DNA of 62,908 nt, counting the filler. It is 5 parts of 5 records of this genome, joined end to end, with 100 filler letters (N's around TTAATTAATTAA, not from the genome) between each part and the next. Parts side by side here need not be neighbours in the genome. Positions count along the whole stretch, not along the records: positions 1 to 24,247 come from SRR20825010_2497; positions 24,348 to 30,352 come from SRR20825010_2501; positions 30,453 to 37,334 come from SRR20825010_2502; 2 more parts are not named here. One strand, given 5' to 3'. The notes below the pieces were generated by a model that saw only the letters and a program-made list of their open reading frames with translations, was not told where the DNA came from and did not search any database. Positions 21,261 through 31,094 of this stretch are shown here, in pieces; position 1 is the stretch's first letter, and the number at the start of each line of letters is the position of its first letter. A program made the position numbers and the translations under genes.

Positions 21261-21282
21261 TTACAATCTTTACGGAAAAATA

Positions 21283-21321
21283 GAAAACCCGCACCTGTGT
21301 TTATCACGTGCGGGTCTTTTT
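21283..21321 (+). terminator. Intrinsic terminator of mucR
   Basis: ACCCGCAC...GTGCGGGT stem followed by CTTTTT. Confidence 0.7.
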
Positions 21322-21369
21322 ATGCCTGAAAGCTATATGTCGGATTATGCCTGAAAGCTATATGTCGGA
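21320..21369. repeat. Exact 25-bp tandem duplication (TTATGCCTGAAAGCTATATGTCGGA x2)
   Basis: Copies at 21320-21344 and 21345-21369. Confidence 0.95.
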
Positions 21370-21381
21370 CGCTGACGTTTC

Positions 21382-21600
21382 TTAAACGTCAATACCACGC
21401 CGCCGAGACTGTATTTCAGCGTCTTTCTTCGCCATCACGTATCTGAGCTTGCGCGCGGCAACCATCTCGAGCTCTTTCTGGCTCGCTCGCGGGTCGCCAA
21501 CAATACTGACCTCTATGCCAGTATCCTCACATATAGCGCTTACCTTCAGCACATTGCCGACTGTGATAAATTCGAAAATGATTCTTCTTGGCACCGGCAA
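21382..21600 (-). CDS. Small conserved hypothetical protein (DUF6898-like)
   Basis: IIFEF..VG..LKVSAI...TG.EVSIVG pattern recalled from a small alphaproteobacterial family. Start codon uncertain. Confidence 0.6.
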   Translation of the reverse strand: MPVPRRIIFEFITVGNVLKVSAICEDTGIEVSIVGDPRASQKELEMVAARKLRYVMAKKDAEIQSRRRGIDV

Positions 21601-21617
21601 GGCGTCACCAATTCGGC

Positions 21618-22838
21618 TTAGCCGACCTTTCGCTTAAGGCTCAGGCGCGCCCATACATCAACAAGTGCCTCGACGAGGCTATCCATTACTTTGTCATCAT
21701 GAAGAGGCCCTGGTGTGAAACGCAGGCGTTCCGTACCTCGAGGGACTGTTGGATAGTTGATGGGCTGTACATAGATGCCGTATTCATTCAGCAGAAGGTC
21801 TGAAACATCCTTGCAAAGCACAGGATCGCCAACAAATACCGGCACAATATGGCTTTCAGACTCCATAACCGGGATACCCGCTGTCTTCAGGCGGTGTTTC
21901 AGTTTCGCGGCACGCTCTTGATGCGCGTCACGTTCCGCTGAACTTCCTTTAAGGTGGCGGATGCTGGCAAGGGCGCCTGCGGCCAATACAGGGCTAAGCG
22001 CTGTCGTGAAGATAAAGCCCGATGCGTAGCTTCTAACCACATCAACAAGTGCTTTGGAGGACGCGATATAACCGCCCATCACCCCAAATGCCTTGCCTAG
22101 AGTCCCTTCAATGATTGTGAGTCTATGGGCAACACCATCGCGTTCGGAAACACCGCCGCCGCGTTTGCCGTAAAGGCCAACAGCGTGTACTTCATCAAGA
22201 TAGGTCATCGCACCATATTTGTCGGCCAGATCACAGATCGCACCGATCGGGGCAATATCACCGTCCATAGAATAAACGGATTCGAACGCAATAATCTTCG
22301 GCGCTTTTGGATCAGCAGCCTTCAGAAGCTCTTCCAGATGCTCAAGGTCATTGTGACGGAAAATATGTTTCTGCGCGCCACTGTTCCTGATTCCCTGGAT
22401 CATGGAGGCATGGTTCATCGAATCTGAAAACACGATGCAGCCAGGTAACAGCTTCGCGACGGTTGAAAGCGTTGCTTCATTGGAAATATAACCCGAGGTA
22501 AACAGCAGCGCAGTTTCTTTACCGTGCAAATCAGCAAGCTCTTCTTCAAGAAGAACATGATAATGATTGGTGCCCGCAATATTACGCGTGCCGCCTGCCC
22601 CTGCGCCGGTTTCATCAAGCGCAGCATGCATTGCGCCAATCACCTTGGGATGTTGGCCCATGCCGAGATAGTCGTTGGAACACCACACAGTAATGGCACG
22701 CGCGTTGTCGCCCGCGTCGTGACGAAGCGCCCGCGGATAGTTGCCTCGCTCGCGAGAGATGTCGGCGAAAACCCGGTATCGGCCTTCAGCCTTAACCGCC
22801 TCAATCGCGTCCGCAAAAATCTTTTCGTAGTCCATCAC
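21618..22838 (-). CDS. hemA: 5-aminolevulinate synthase
   Basis: [71 protein letters not shown]. Confidence 0.97.
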   Translation of the reverse strand: MMDYEKIFADAIEAVKAEGRYRVFADISRERGNYPRALRHDAGDNARAITVWCSNDYLGMGQHPKVIGAMHAALDETGAGAGGTRNIAGTNHYHVLLEEELADLHGKETALLFTSGYISNEATLSTVAKLLPGCIVFSDSMNHASMIQGIRNSGAQKHIFRHNDLEHLEELLKAADPKAPKIIAFESVYSMDGDIAPIGAICDLADKYGAMTYLDEVHAVGLYGKRGGGVSERDGVAHRLTIIEGTLGKAFGVMGGYIASSKALVDVVRSYASGFIFTTALSPVLAAGALASIRHLKGSSAERDAHQERAAKLKHRLKTAGIPVMESESHIVPVFVGDPVLCKDVSDLLLNEYGIYVQPINYPTVPRGTERLRFTPGPLHDDKVMDSLVEALVDVWARLSLKRKVG

Positions 22839-22912
22839 GCATTCCGTCTTGTGTACAACAGGCCGAGTTTACCGGCGCGGACCTTTTAACGCAATGTTTT
22901 GGCCCGCGTCTA

Positions 22913-22963
22913 GCGGCGAAAATGTCGCACACACAAATCGATTCCATCTATGACTTAAGTCAA
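22913..22963. promoter_or_regulatory. RegA/PrrA-like box (GCGGC-N6-GTCGC) and FNR/FixK-like palindrome (TGACTTAAGTCA) upstream of hemA
   Basis: GCGGCGAAAATGTCGC at 22913-22928. Perfect 12-bp palindrome at 22951-22962. Confidence 0.45.
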
Positions 22964-22975
22964 GTGTGTATCGAT

Positions 22976-23461
22976 TTAAAGACCGAAGTGCAATTTGTCG
23001 GACCAATAGCGCTCAAGATTCCTGAGATTTTTCCGCAGATTCTTCAACTCGTCATGGCTCACGAGATCATCCTGCATCAGCTCTTCGAGGTGCTGCATGT
23101 AAAGATCGTCGATCAGCTTCCTTATTTCATACCCCTGATCGGTTAATGAAATGCGAACGGCGCGGCGATCATAATCAGAACGCTCGTGCCTAAGGTATCC
23201 CATTTCAACCAGCTTCTTGAGGTTATAAGAAACGTTGGAGCCCTGATAATAGCCACGCGTCTTGAGTTCACCCGCCGTCATCTCATGCTCACCAATATTA
23301 TGGAGAAGCAGGGCCTGCACCGGGTTGAGGTCATTGCGACCGATATGTTCAAGGTGGTTTTTGATCACATCAAGAAGCCGCCTGTGAAGACGCTCAACCA
23401 GCGACAGTATGTCGAGAAAGAGAAATTTTGGGTCGTTAAAGTCGTATCCACTCATGGTCAT
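22976..23461 (-). CDS. MarR-family regulator, LdtR-like
   Basis: LVERLHRRLLDVIK...VQALLL.NIG..TAGEL..RGYY.GSNVSYNLKKLV...DRR. Confidence 0.85.
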   Translation of the reverse strand: MTMSGYDFNDPKFLFLDILSLVERLHRRLLDVIKNHLEHIGRNDLNPVQALLLHNIGEHEMTAGELKTRGYYQGSNVSYNLKKLVEMGYLRHERSDYDRRAVRISLTDQGYEIRKLIDDLYMQHLEELMQDDLVSHDELKNLRKNLRNLERYWSDKLHFGL

Positions 23462-23521
23462 TCGCCTGATTTAGTGTGAATTTTCATCGAATCTTCGAGG
23501 AAACACTCTGTTCCATAAGGT

Positions 23522-23536
23522 TTAACGCAATGTTAA
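23522..23536. promoter_or_regulatory. CtrA-type box TTAA-N7-TTAA in the ldtR-like/hemB intergenic region
   Basis: TTAA CGCAATG TTAA. Confidence 0.45.
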
Positions 23537-23710
23537 TGATAAAATTCTAACTAAATTCACGCTATCAGGCACGATAATTCGGTGTAATTTATCACGTTCT
23601 GCGGCACGCAGTCACACGATCTATTGTGACAGGTGACAGCGGTGAGCGAACACAATAAAGTATCGCAACATTATCACTGAGTTAAATCCGAGTTAGATGA
23701 AGGATAGTCC

Positions 23711-24247
23711 ATGACCGCACGTTTTCCCGCCACACGTTTGCGCCGCCCCAGAAGCGAAAACTGGTCACGCCGCCTTGTGCGCGAAAACCAGGTAACAGTG
23801 GATGACCTGATCTGGCCAATCTTTGTGCGCGACGGTAAAGGAGAGATCGAAGCTGTCACATCAATGCCCGGCGTGAACCGGCTCTCTGTCGACAAAGCCG
23901 TTGAAACCGCAAAAGAAGCCCGTAGCCTTGGCATTCCTGCGCTTGCCCTCTTCCCTAATACCCCGGCCGACAGACGTTGCGACAGGGGCGAAGAAGCGCT
24001 TGATTACGACAACCTGATTAATACGGCGATGCGCGCCATCAAGGATGCAGTGCCGGAAATTGGCCTTCTGGCTGACGTCGCACTCGATCCCTACACCAGC
24101 CATGGTCAGGACGGACTGGTGGAAGATGGTAAAGTACTGAACGATGAGACAGTCGGAATGTTGGTGCAACAGGCCGTGGTACAGGCCAAAGCGGGCGCTG
24201 ATATTATCGCGCCAAGCGACATGATGGACGGCCGCATCGGCGCCATC
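23711..24247 (+). CDS. hemB: Porphobilinogen synthase, truncated by contig end
   Basis: FPATRLRR, SMPGV, DVALDPYTSHGQDG, ADIIAPSDMMDGRIGAI. Confidence 0.95.
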
Positions 24248-24347
24248 NNNNNNNNNNNNNNNNNNNNNNNNNNNNNNNNNNNNNNNNNNNNTTAATTAAT
24301 TAANNNNNNNNNNNNNNNNNNNNNNNNNNNNNNNNNNNNNNNNNNNN
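24248..24347. other. Artificial contig linker
   Basis: 44 N + TTAATTAATTAA (stop codons in all six frames) + 44 N. Confidence 0.99.
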
Positions 24348-24692
24348 ATGTGGCAGATGGGCGGTCTCGGGCCGATGGCCGGACAGACGCATCATTTTGT
24401 CCGCTTCAACCCCGGCAAGGCGCCCTATGCGGAGGAGCGCTATCTTTCGGAGGCAAAACGGCTTTACGGGGTGCTCGATACCGCGCTATCGGAGCGTGAC
24501 TATGTCGCGGGCGACTACAGCATTGCCGATATCGCAATCTGGCCCTGGATTTCAAGATTTGAGTGGCAGACGATTGATCTCAATCATTTTCCGAATGTGA
24601 AGGGATGGTACAATCGTATTGCGGGTCGTCCGGCCGTGCAGAAAGGGTATCACATTCCGCATTATGTATCAGACGTTCCAGCTCCGGGCTGA
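24348..24692 (+). CDS. Glutathione S-transferase (YfcG/YghU-like), C-terminal fragment
   Basis: WQMGGLGPMAGQ.HHF...ERY..EAKRLYGVLD...YSIADIAIWPW...RPAVQKG. 5' end lost at the contig edge. Confidence 0.9.
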   Translation: MWQMGGLGPMAGQTHHFVRFNPGKAPYAEERYLSEAKRLYGVLDTALSERDYVAGDYSIADIAIWPWISRFEWQTIDLNHFPNVKGWYNRIAGRPAVQKGYHIPHYVSDVPAPG

Positions 24693-24815
24693 GGCCGAGA
24701 ATAGGATAGAAATATTTCCGACCGTTAAGGGTTAATAAACAGGTTATTTTTATGTTGAGTTCAAGGAGTTCAGTACAACAACAAAAATACGAAGGCGAAG
24801 GACCTGGTTTCAAAA

Positions 24816-27800
24816 ATGAACGGGCTATTCATTGGTGAAGGAACGTTACTTGTTCAATGTGCCGAAGAGTTTCGGCGCGCGGGAGGTGAAATTACCGCAA
24901 TCCTGACCCGCGAACCACGTGTTCGTAATTGGGCGGAGGCCGAAGGTCTGCCGATTTTCGGCGATCCGCAGGACGAAGGACTTAAGGGGCTCGCCTATGA
25001 TTATCTGTTCAGCATCGTCAACCTGACGATCTTTCCGCAGCATCTTCCGGTTCAGCCAAACAAATTCGCCATCAATTTCTTTGACGGACCCTTGCCGAAA
25101 TATACTGGCATCAATGTCACCTCCTGGGCGCTGATGAATGGGGAGACTTCCCACGCGGTCACCTGGCATGAAATGCTCGCCACCCCGGATGAGGGTCGTA
25201 TCCTGAAATCCCGGACCGTTGAGATTGCGTCCGATGAAACGTCCATGAGCCTCAATGCGAAATGTTATGAGGCCGGGCTTGCGTCCTTCGCCGAGCTGGT
25301 CGAAGAACTCAAATCCAATTCAGTCCGCCCGCAGGAGCAGGGCCACGACAAAACCCGCTATAACGCCGAAAAGCGGCCTGCGGCCCTTGGCGCGCTTGAT
25401 TTCACCAAACCCGCCGGTGAGCTGGATCAGCTCGTTCGCGCGCTTGACTTTGGCGCCTATGCCAATCCGCTGGGTGCGGCGAAGCTCTGGACGGGTAAAT
25501 CCATTTCCCTTGTTGGCTCGCTTACCGTTCAGGATGGCCCGGCCACCAATGCGCCGGGGCATGTTGTCTCGCTGGATGACGATGGCATTACGATTTCCGC
25601 AAGCAATCATGATGTAATTCTTGGCGCCTTCCGCTGCCTCGCCGGGGAGCCACGCCATCCGAACGCCGTTGGGCTGCAGGTGGGCGCGCAAGTCCCGCCG
25701 CTTCCGGCGCTTTCCGATGAGGAAATGACGGCCATCGCGAAGGCAGAGCTTTATTGGCAGGACGTGCTCGCGAGCGCCCAGCCACTGCAATCCCCTTATC
25801 CATCGAACCGCGACACAGCGGCGGGCGGAACCTCCGTGCCCGTTCCACTTAGTCAGCCGCTCGACTTGGAAGAGGCCGCTGCCGGTCTTCTCGCCTGGCA
25901 TTCGCTGCTGATGGGGGCGAAGACTGTTTCCTGCGGTGTTGATGCGGGCGTCACGGCGCATCCGCTGATCGCGGAAAGCCAGCTTGTCACCGTGTCGATC
26001 GATGCGGATGTCAGCGTGACTGATACCCTTCAGTCTTTCATCGGGATCAGGTCGGAAGGGGACGCCAAGGGCCCACGGAGCATTGATCTGGTCGCCCGCC
26101 TGCCCGATACGTCGGCGCGCGATGTGGCTTTGCGGGCGTTGAACGTAGCTGTCACCGGGAAAGACGGGACGGATACCGAGCTATTGGGCGATCGCCGGCT
26201 CGTTCTTGCGCTTGGGGATAATCCTCGCTTGATCGCCAAGACGGGGCTTTATGCGCGCGATATCCTCACTGCCATGGGCCGCGATCTTGCCTTTTTCCTG
26301 AATGCGTTTGCTGCCCAAAAAGAGACGGCGTTAAAAGACCTACCGCTGACCAACCCGGATGAGAAACAGGTCGGCATGGATGCAATGGGCATCGATTATC
26401 CACGCGACAAACGCATTCACGACGTCATCCGCGATCAAGTCACCAAGACGCCGGACGCCATTGCATTAAAAGCCGATGAGGATGTGCTTTCTTACGCGGA
26501 GCTGGAAGCGCGCACCGATGCGCTTGCCGCCGCCCTTGCCGCACGTGGCGCAGGACGGGGCGTAATCGTTGGATTATGTCTGGAACGATCGACCGATTTG
26601 ATCGTTTCCCTGCTTGCTATTTTGAAGACCGGCGCGGCCTATCTGCCGCTCGATCCGGCCTATCCGGCAGAGCGCGTCGCCTTCATGATCGAGGACAGCA
26701 ACGCGCCATTGATCGTGGCCAGCCCGACGACCGAGTTTAAATTTCGTCTCGATCCGAAGAAAATTATCTACCCTGACGCGACAGAGGGCGACTTCAGTCC
26801 GCCCGTCGGGAAACCTTCCGATCTTGCCTATATGATGTATACGTCGGGCTCGACCGGCACGCCGAAGGGCGTGATGCTGACCCATCAGAATATTGTCAAT
26901 TTCTTTACCGGCACGGACCTGACCGTCCCCCATGACGAGGAGGTACGGCTGCTCGCGATTACGTCGGTTTCCTTTGATATTTCAGTACTCGAAATCTTCT
27001 GGAGCCTTGCGCGGGGCTTCACCATTGTGCTCCAGACCGACGGTGTTTCCAAGGCGACGGTGCCGGGATTCAGCCTGTTCTATTTTGCCTCTGAAGTTTC
27101 AGGGAGTGGGCCGGAAGCCTATCGCCTGTTGCTGCAGGGCGCGAAATTCGCCGATGATAACGGGTTCGAGGCAATCTGGACGCCGGAGCGGCATTTCCAT
27201 GCCTTTGGCGGCCTGTATCCCAACCCGGCGGTAAGTTCGGCGGCGGTTGCCTCCCTCACCAAGAATGTTGATATTCGTGCCGGTTCCTGCGTGTTGCCGC
27301 TGCATAACCCCGTGCGGGTGGCGGAGGATTGGGCGCTTGTCGATAATATCTCTGCTGGGCGCGCCGGAATAGCCCTTGCCAGTGGGTGGCAGCCAAATGA
27401 CTTTGTGCTGCAGCCGGAGAATTTCGAGAACCGTAAAGATGTGATGCTGGATGGCGTCGATACCCTGCGTAAACTATGGCGCGGTGAGAGCATCAAATTG
27501 CCGAACCACAAGGGCGAAGAGATTGAGGTTTCCACTCTTCCGCATCCGGTGCGGGGCGAAATTCCGCTCTGGCTGACGGCAGCGGGTAATCCCGAAACCT
27601 TTGCGGCGGCGGCGGAAAAGGGCTGCTATGTACTGACCCATCTTCTGGGCCAGAAGTTCGAGGACGTGGCCGAAAAAATCCGCGCCTATCGTATGGCTTG
27701 GCGTGAGGCGGGTCACCCCGGTAACGGCAAGGTTTCCCTCATGCTGCATACATTCGTGGGCGAGGATGAGGATCAGGTGCGCGAAACCGTACGTGAACCG

Positions 27801-29324
27801 ATGAAAGGGTACCTCAAAAGCTCAGTCGATCTCCTGCGCCGCGCCTCCTGGAGTTCTCCGACCTTCAAGCAGAAGGCCGATGCGACCGGTGTGACACCGC
27901 AGGAAGTCTTTGAAAAACAGGAACTCACCGAGGAAGAGACAGACGCCCTGCTTGATCACGCGTTCGAGCGCTACTATCAGACAAGCGGCCTGTTCGGGAC
28001 GCCGGACAGCTGTCAGGAGCTGGTCCGTGAAATTGCCCGCATGGGCGTCGATGAAATTGCCTGTTTGATCGATTTTGGTGTCGATACGGATCTGGTATTG
28101 AAGCATCTCACCTATATCAATGATCTGAAGAATAACCTGCTGGCCGAAGGCGGCGTTGCGCGTCAGGCCTCCGTCGCGGAGCAGATAGTCGAGCATGACA
28201 TCACCCATTTTCAATGCACGCCGTCCATGGCTTCCTTCCTGGTGGCCGAGCAGGCGGGCCGAACCGCGCTTGGCAAGTTGGAGGTGATGATGGTCGGCGG
28301 CGAAGGCTTCCCGCCCGATCTTGCGCGGAATTTGCGCTCTCATCTGAAGGGGTCACTGCTCAATATGTATGGCACGACGGAGACCGCTGTCTGGTCGTCG
28401 GTTGCCAATCTTGAAACGGTGGAAGAAACCATTCCGCTGGGCGAGGCGATTGCCAACACGATCTATTCCGTGCGTAATGAGTTTGGTCAGGCACTGCCGA
28501 GTGGTGTCGCCGGGGAGCTTTGGATCGGTGGCGATGGCGTTGCGGATGGTTACTGGAAGCGCGAAGAGCTGACGGCGGAACGGTTCCTTGATACTGCCGA
28601 AGGGCGGTATTATCGGACCGGCGATCTGGTCCGCCATATGCCGAACGGTAATCTGGAATTCCATGGCCGTATGGATAATCAGGTCAAGGTGCGCGGTCAC
28701 CGGATCGAACTTGGTGAGATTGAAGCAAAACTCGGGGCGCTGGATGAGGTAAAGGATGCCGCCGTCACTGTTTTCGAGACCGGCGATAGCGATAAACGCC
28801 TTGTCGCCTTTGCGACGGCCGCGCCGGGCCACAAGATCGATCCGCAGGAAGTGCGCAAAAAACTGGGTGAGCGTCTGCCCGAATTCATGACGCCGTCGCA
28901 GGTGATTGTGCTGGACGTGATGCCGCAAACGCCAAACGGCAAGATCGACCGTAAGGCGCTTCCTAAACCGCAAGGGCAGGCGAATGCCGCGACGGAGGCG
29001 GCCCAGAGCGATACGGAAGCCGCGATCGCCAAGATCTGGTGCGAGGCGCTTGGTCTTGCCGAAGTGGGCGTGACCGACAATTTCTTTGACCTTGGCGGGC
29101 ATTCCCTGCTGGTGGTGCAGGTGCAGCGCCGGCTGAAGGAGCTGTTCGACAAGGAAGTGGCGATTACGGATATGTTCCGTTTCTCTACCATTCAGGCACT
29201 GGCCGGTCATCTCGATGGTGACGGTAAGGCAGATGGGGAGTCGTCGGCGGCCAAGCGCGGGGCAGAGCGTGCCGCGGCGCGGCGCGCCCGGATGACGAGA
29301 AGAACGGGCACGACTGTACAGTAA
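24816..29324 (+). CDS. NRPS starter module: formyltransferase-like domain, degenerate linker, adenylation domain interrupted by a luciferase-like monooxygenase (MupA/Atu3671 type), PCP
   Basis: F-like INFFDGPLP...TWH...DEG. A3 YTSGSTGTPKG, A4 FDIS. LLM FSLFYF...WTPERHFHAFGGLYPNP...RAGS...GW..NDF (~27069-28140). A5-A10 YGTTE, GELWIGG, YRTGD, GRMDNQVKVRGHRIELGEIE, NGKIDR. PCP NFFDLGGHSL. Confidence 0.92.
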   Translation: MNGLFIGEGTLLVQCAEEFRRAGGEITAILTREPRVRNWAEAEGLPIFGDPQDEGLKGLAYDYLFSIVNLTIFPQHLPVQPNKFAINFFDGPLPKYTGINVTSWALMNGETSHAVTWHEMLATPDEGRILKSRTVEIASDETSMSLNAKCYEAGLASFAELVEELKSNSVRPQEQGHDKTRYNAEKRPAALGALDFTKPAGELDQLVRALDFGAYANPLGAAKLWTGKSISLVGSLTVQDGPATNAPGHVVSLDDDGITISASNHDVILGAFRCLAGEPRHPNAVGLQVGAQVPPLPALSDEEMTAIAKAELYWQDVLASAQPLQSPYPSNRDTAAGGTSVPVPLSQPLDLEEAAAGLLAWHSLLMGAKTVSCGVDAGVTAHPLIAESQLVTVSIDADVSVTDTLQSFIGIRSEGDAKGPRSIDLVARLPDTSARDVALRALNVAVTGKDGTDTELLGDRRLVLALGDNPRLIAKTGLYARDILTAMGRDLAFFLNAFAAQKETALKDLPLTNPDEKQVGMDAMGIDYPRDKRIHDVIRDQVTKTPDAIALKADEDVLSYAELEARTDALAAALAARGAGRGVIVGLCLERSTDLIVSLLAILKTGAAYLPLDPAYPAERVAFMIEDSNAPLIVASPTTEFKFRLDPKKIIYPDATEGDFSPPVGKPSDLAYMMYTSGSTGTPKGVMLTHQNIVNFFTGTDLTVPHDEEVRLLAITSVSFDISVLEIFWSLARGFTIVLQTDGVSKATVPGFSLFYFASEVSGSGPEAYRLLLQGAKFADDNGFEAIWTPERHFHAFGGLYPNPAVSSAAVASLTKNVDIRAGSCVLPLHNPVRVAEDWALVDNISAGRAGIALASGWQPNDFVLQPENFENRKDVMLDGVDTLRKLWRGESIKLPNHKGEEIEVSTLPHPVRGEIPLWLTAAGNPETFAAAAEKGCYVLTHLLGQKFEDVAEKIRAYRMAWREAGHPGNGKVSLMLHTFVGEDEDQVRETVREPMKGYLKSSVDLLRRASWSSPTFKQKADATGVTPQEVFEKQELTEEETDALLDHAFERYYQTSGLFGTPDSCQELVREIARMGVDEIACLIDFGVDTDLVLKHLTYINDLKNNLLAEGGVARQASVAEQIVEHDITHFQCTPSMASFLVAEQAGRTALGKLEVMMVGGEGFPPDLARNLRSHLKGSLLNMYGTTETAVWSSVANLETVEETIPLGEAIANTIYSVRNEFGQALPSGVAGELWIGGDGVADGYWKREELTAERFLDTAEGRYYRTGDLVRHMPNGNLEFHGRMDNQVKVRGHRIELGEIEAKLGALDEVKDAAVTVFETGDSDKRLVAFATAAPGHKIDPQEVRKKLGERLPEFMTPSQVIVLDVMPQTPNGKIDRKALPKPQGQANAATEAAQSDTEAAIAKIWCEALGLAEVGVTDNFFDLGGHSLLVVQVQRRLKELFDKEVAITDMFRFSTIQALAGHLDGDGKADGESSAAKRGAERAAARRARMTRRTGTTVQ

Positions 29325-29397
29325 CTGTGATTTTTGGCAGGATGAAGACCTGCCACCATAAGTGGCACCGCCGGGCACGGCGGAAATGAGCGGGAAA

Positions 29398-30352
29398 ATG
29401 ACAGACAGCATTGAGGGAATTCAGGCTTCTGAGAGGATTGCTATTGTCGGCATGGCCGGACGATTTCCGTCTGCGCGTTCGGTTGCGCAGCTCTGGAACC
29501 TGCTGGCGACTGAACGCATCGGCACGCGCTGGTTCACCGATGAAGAAATGCTCGCCAATGGCGTCAGCCCGAAGGAGCTGGCGGACCCGAACTATGTCCG
29601 CGCGGCGAACTACCTCTCCGATATGGAATGCTTCGATGCGGGCTTTTTCGGCTTTTCTCCGCGAGAGGCGTCGATCCTCGATCCACAGCACCGCCATTTC
29701 CTTGAATGCGCGTGGGAGGCGTTGGAAGACGCGGGCCATATGCCCGAGAATTTCGATGGACGGGTCGGCGTTTTTGCGGGCTCCGGTATGCAGGCCTATT
29801 TGCCGTTCAACCTGCTGACTAATCCGGACCTGGTCGAGGAAATCGGCCTGTTCCTGCTTCGCCATACGGGCAATGACAAGGATTTTCTGACCACTCGTCT
29901 TTCCTATATCCTGAATTTGCAGGGCCCATCCGTTGCGGTCCAGACGGCCTGCTCTACCTCGCTCGTTGCTGTTCATCAGGCGGCGGCCAGCTTGCTCTCC
30001 ATGGAATGCGATATGGCGATTGCCGGCGGTGTCACGGTCGAGCTGCCGCATCGTCATGGTTATAAATTCGTTGAGGGGGAAATCCAGTCACCGGACGGCC
30101 TTTGCCGTCCTTTTGATGATGACAGCGAGGGGACCGTGTTTGGCTCGGGTGCCGCGCTGGTTGTCTTGCGTCGGTTGGAGGATGCGCTGGCCGATGGTGA
30201 TGATATCAAGGCGGTGCTGATCGGTTCGGCGGTCAATAACGACGGCGCGCAGAAGGCGGGCTATCTCGCCCCCAGCGTTGACGGCCAGGCGGAAGCCGCG
30301 GCGGAAGCTCTCGCCATTGCGGGTGTCCCGGCGGATACCATCAGCTATATCG
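29398..30352 (+). CDS. Type I PKS, N-terminal ketosynthase of NRPS-hybrid type, truncated by contig end
   Basis: IAIVGMAGRFP, FDAGFFG, DPQHRHFLE, GNDKD, GPSVAVQTACSTSLVAVH. Confidence 0.92.
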
Positions 30353-30452
30353 NNNNNNNNNNNNNNNNNNNNNNNNNNNNNNNNNNNNNNNNNNNNTTAA
30401 TTAATTAANNNNNNNNNNNNNNNNNNNNNNNNNNNNNNNNNNNNNNNNNNNN
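30353..30452. other. Artificial contig linker
   Basis: N-TTAATTAATTAA-N spacer. Confidence 0.99.
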
Positions 30453-30453
30453 C

Positions 30454-30942
30454 ACGATCAAGGCGAACTTCCCGACACGTATTTCGTTTCAGGTGACATC
30501 AAAGATCGACAGCCGAACCATTTTGGGCGAACAAGGTGCCGAACAATTGCTTGGACAGGGCGATATGCTCTACATGGCCGGCGGCGGACGCATTCGCCGT
30601 GTTCACGGACCTTTTGTCTCCGATGATGAAGTAGAAAAAGTTGTGACCTTCCTGAAGAAGCAGGGAGTTCCCGAATATCTTGAAGCCATTACCGCCGAAC
30701 CGGAAGAAGGCGGCGACATATTCGGTGCCGATGGAGATAGCGGTGGCTCGGGCGACGAACTCTATGATCGCGCAGTTGCAATTGTTGCACGCGACAAGCG
30801 AGCTTCAACCAGCTATATCCAACGCCGATTGCAAATTGGCTATAACCGCGCCGCCCGCATCATTGAAATGATGGAAGAGCAAGGCGTCGTAAGCGCACCC
30901 AACCACCAAGGTAAAAGAGAGGTTTTGGTCGGCGAGCATTAA
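30454..30942 (+). CDS. ftsK: DNA translocase FtsK, C-terminal fragment
   Basis: [35 protein letters not shown], gamma domain [21 protein letters not shown]. Confidence 0.96.
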   Translation, partial: TIKANFPTRISFQVTSKIDSRTILGEQGAEQLLGQGDMLYMAGGGRIRRVHGPFVSDDEVEKVVTFLKKQGVPEYLEAITAEPEEGGDIFGADGDSGGSGDELYDRAVAIVARDKRASTSYIQRRLQIGYNRAARIIEMMEEQGVVSAPNHQGKREVLVGEH

Positions 30943-31094
30943 GCGCCTAAGATCATAAATCCGAAAGGCTTATGGCCATAAGCTGGCAAAATGTCCATTT
31001 ACAGCGTTTTTGCGCCCATCTGACCTCCAAAACACCTTGTGCATGCCGCACCTCATCCACGTTTCCGCCACAAAGGCCACCCATGCTTTTCCTC

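Noticed and set aside
21320-21369. 25-bp repeat as a mini-CRISPR
   Set aside because: Two copies with no spacer, and no cas genes anywhere in the window.
24292-24303. TTAATTAATTAA recurring four times as a possible biological repeat
   Set aside because: Always centred in N runs. It is a synthetic six-frame-stop linker.
24725-24740. CtrA-like site upstream of the NRPS (TTAA-N7-TAAAC)
   Set aside because: Imperfect match in an AT-rich gap, too weak without conservation data.
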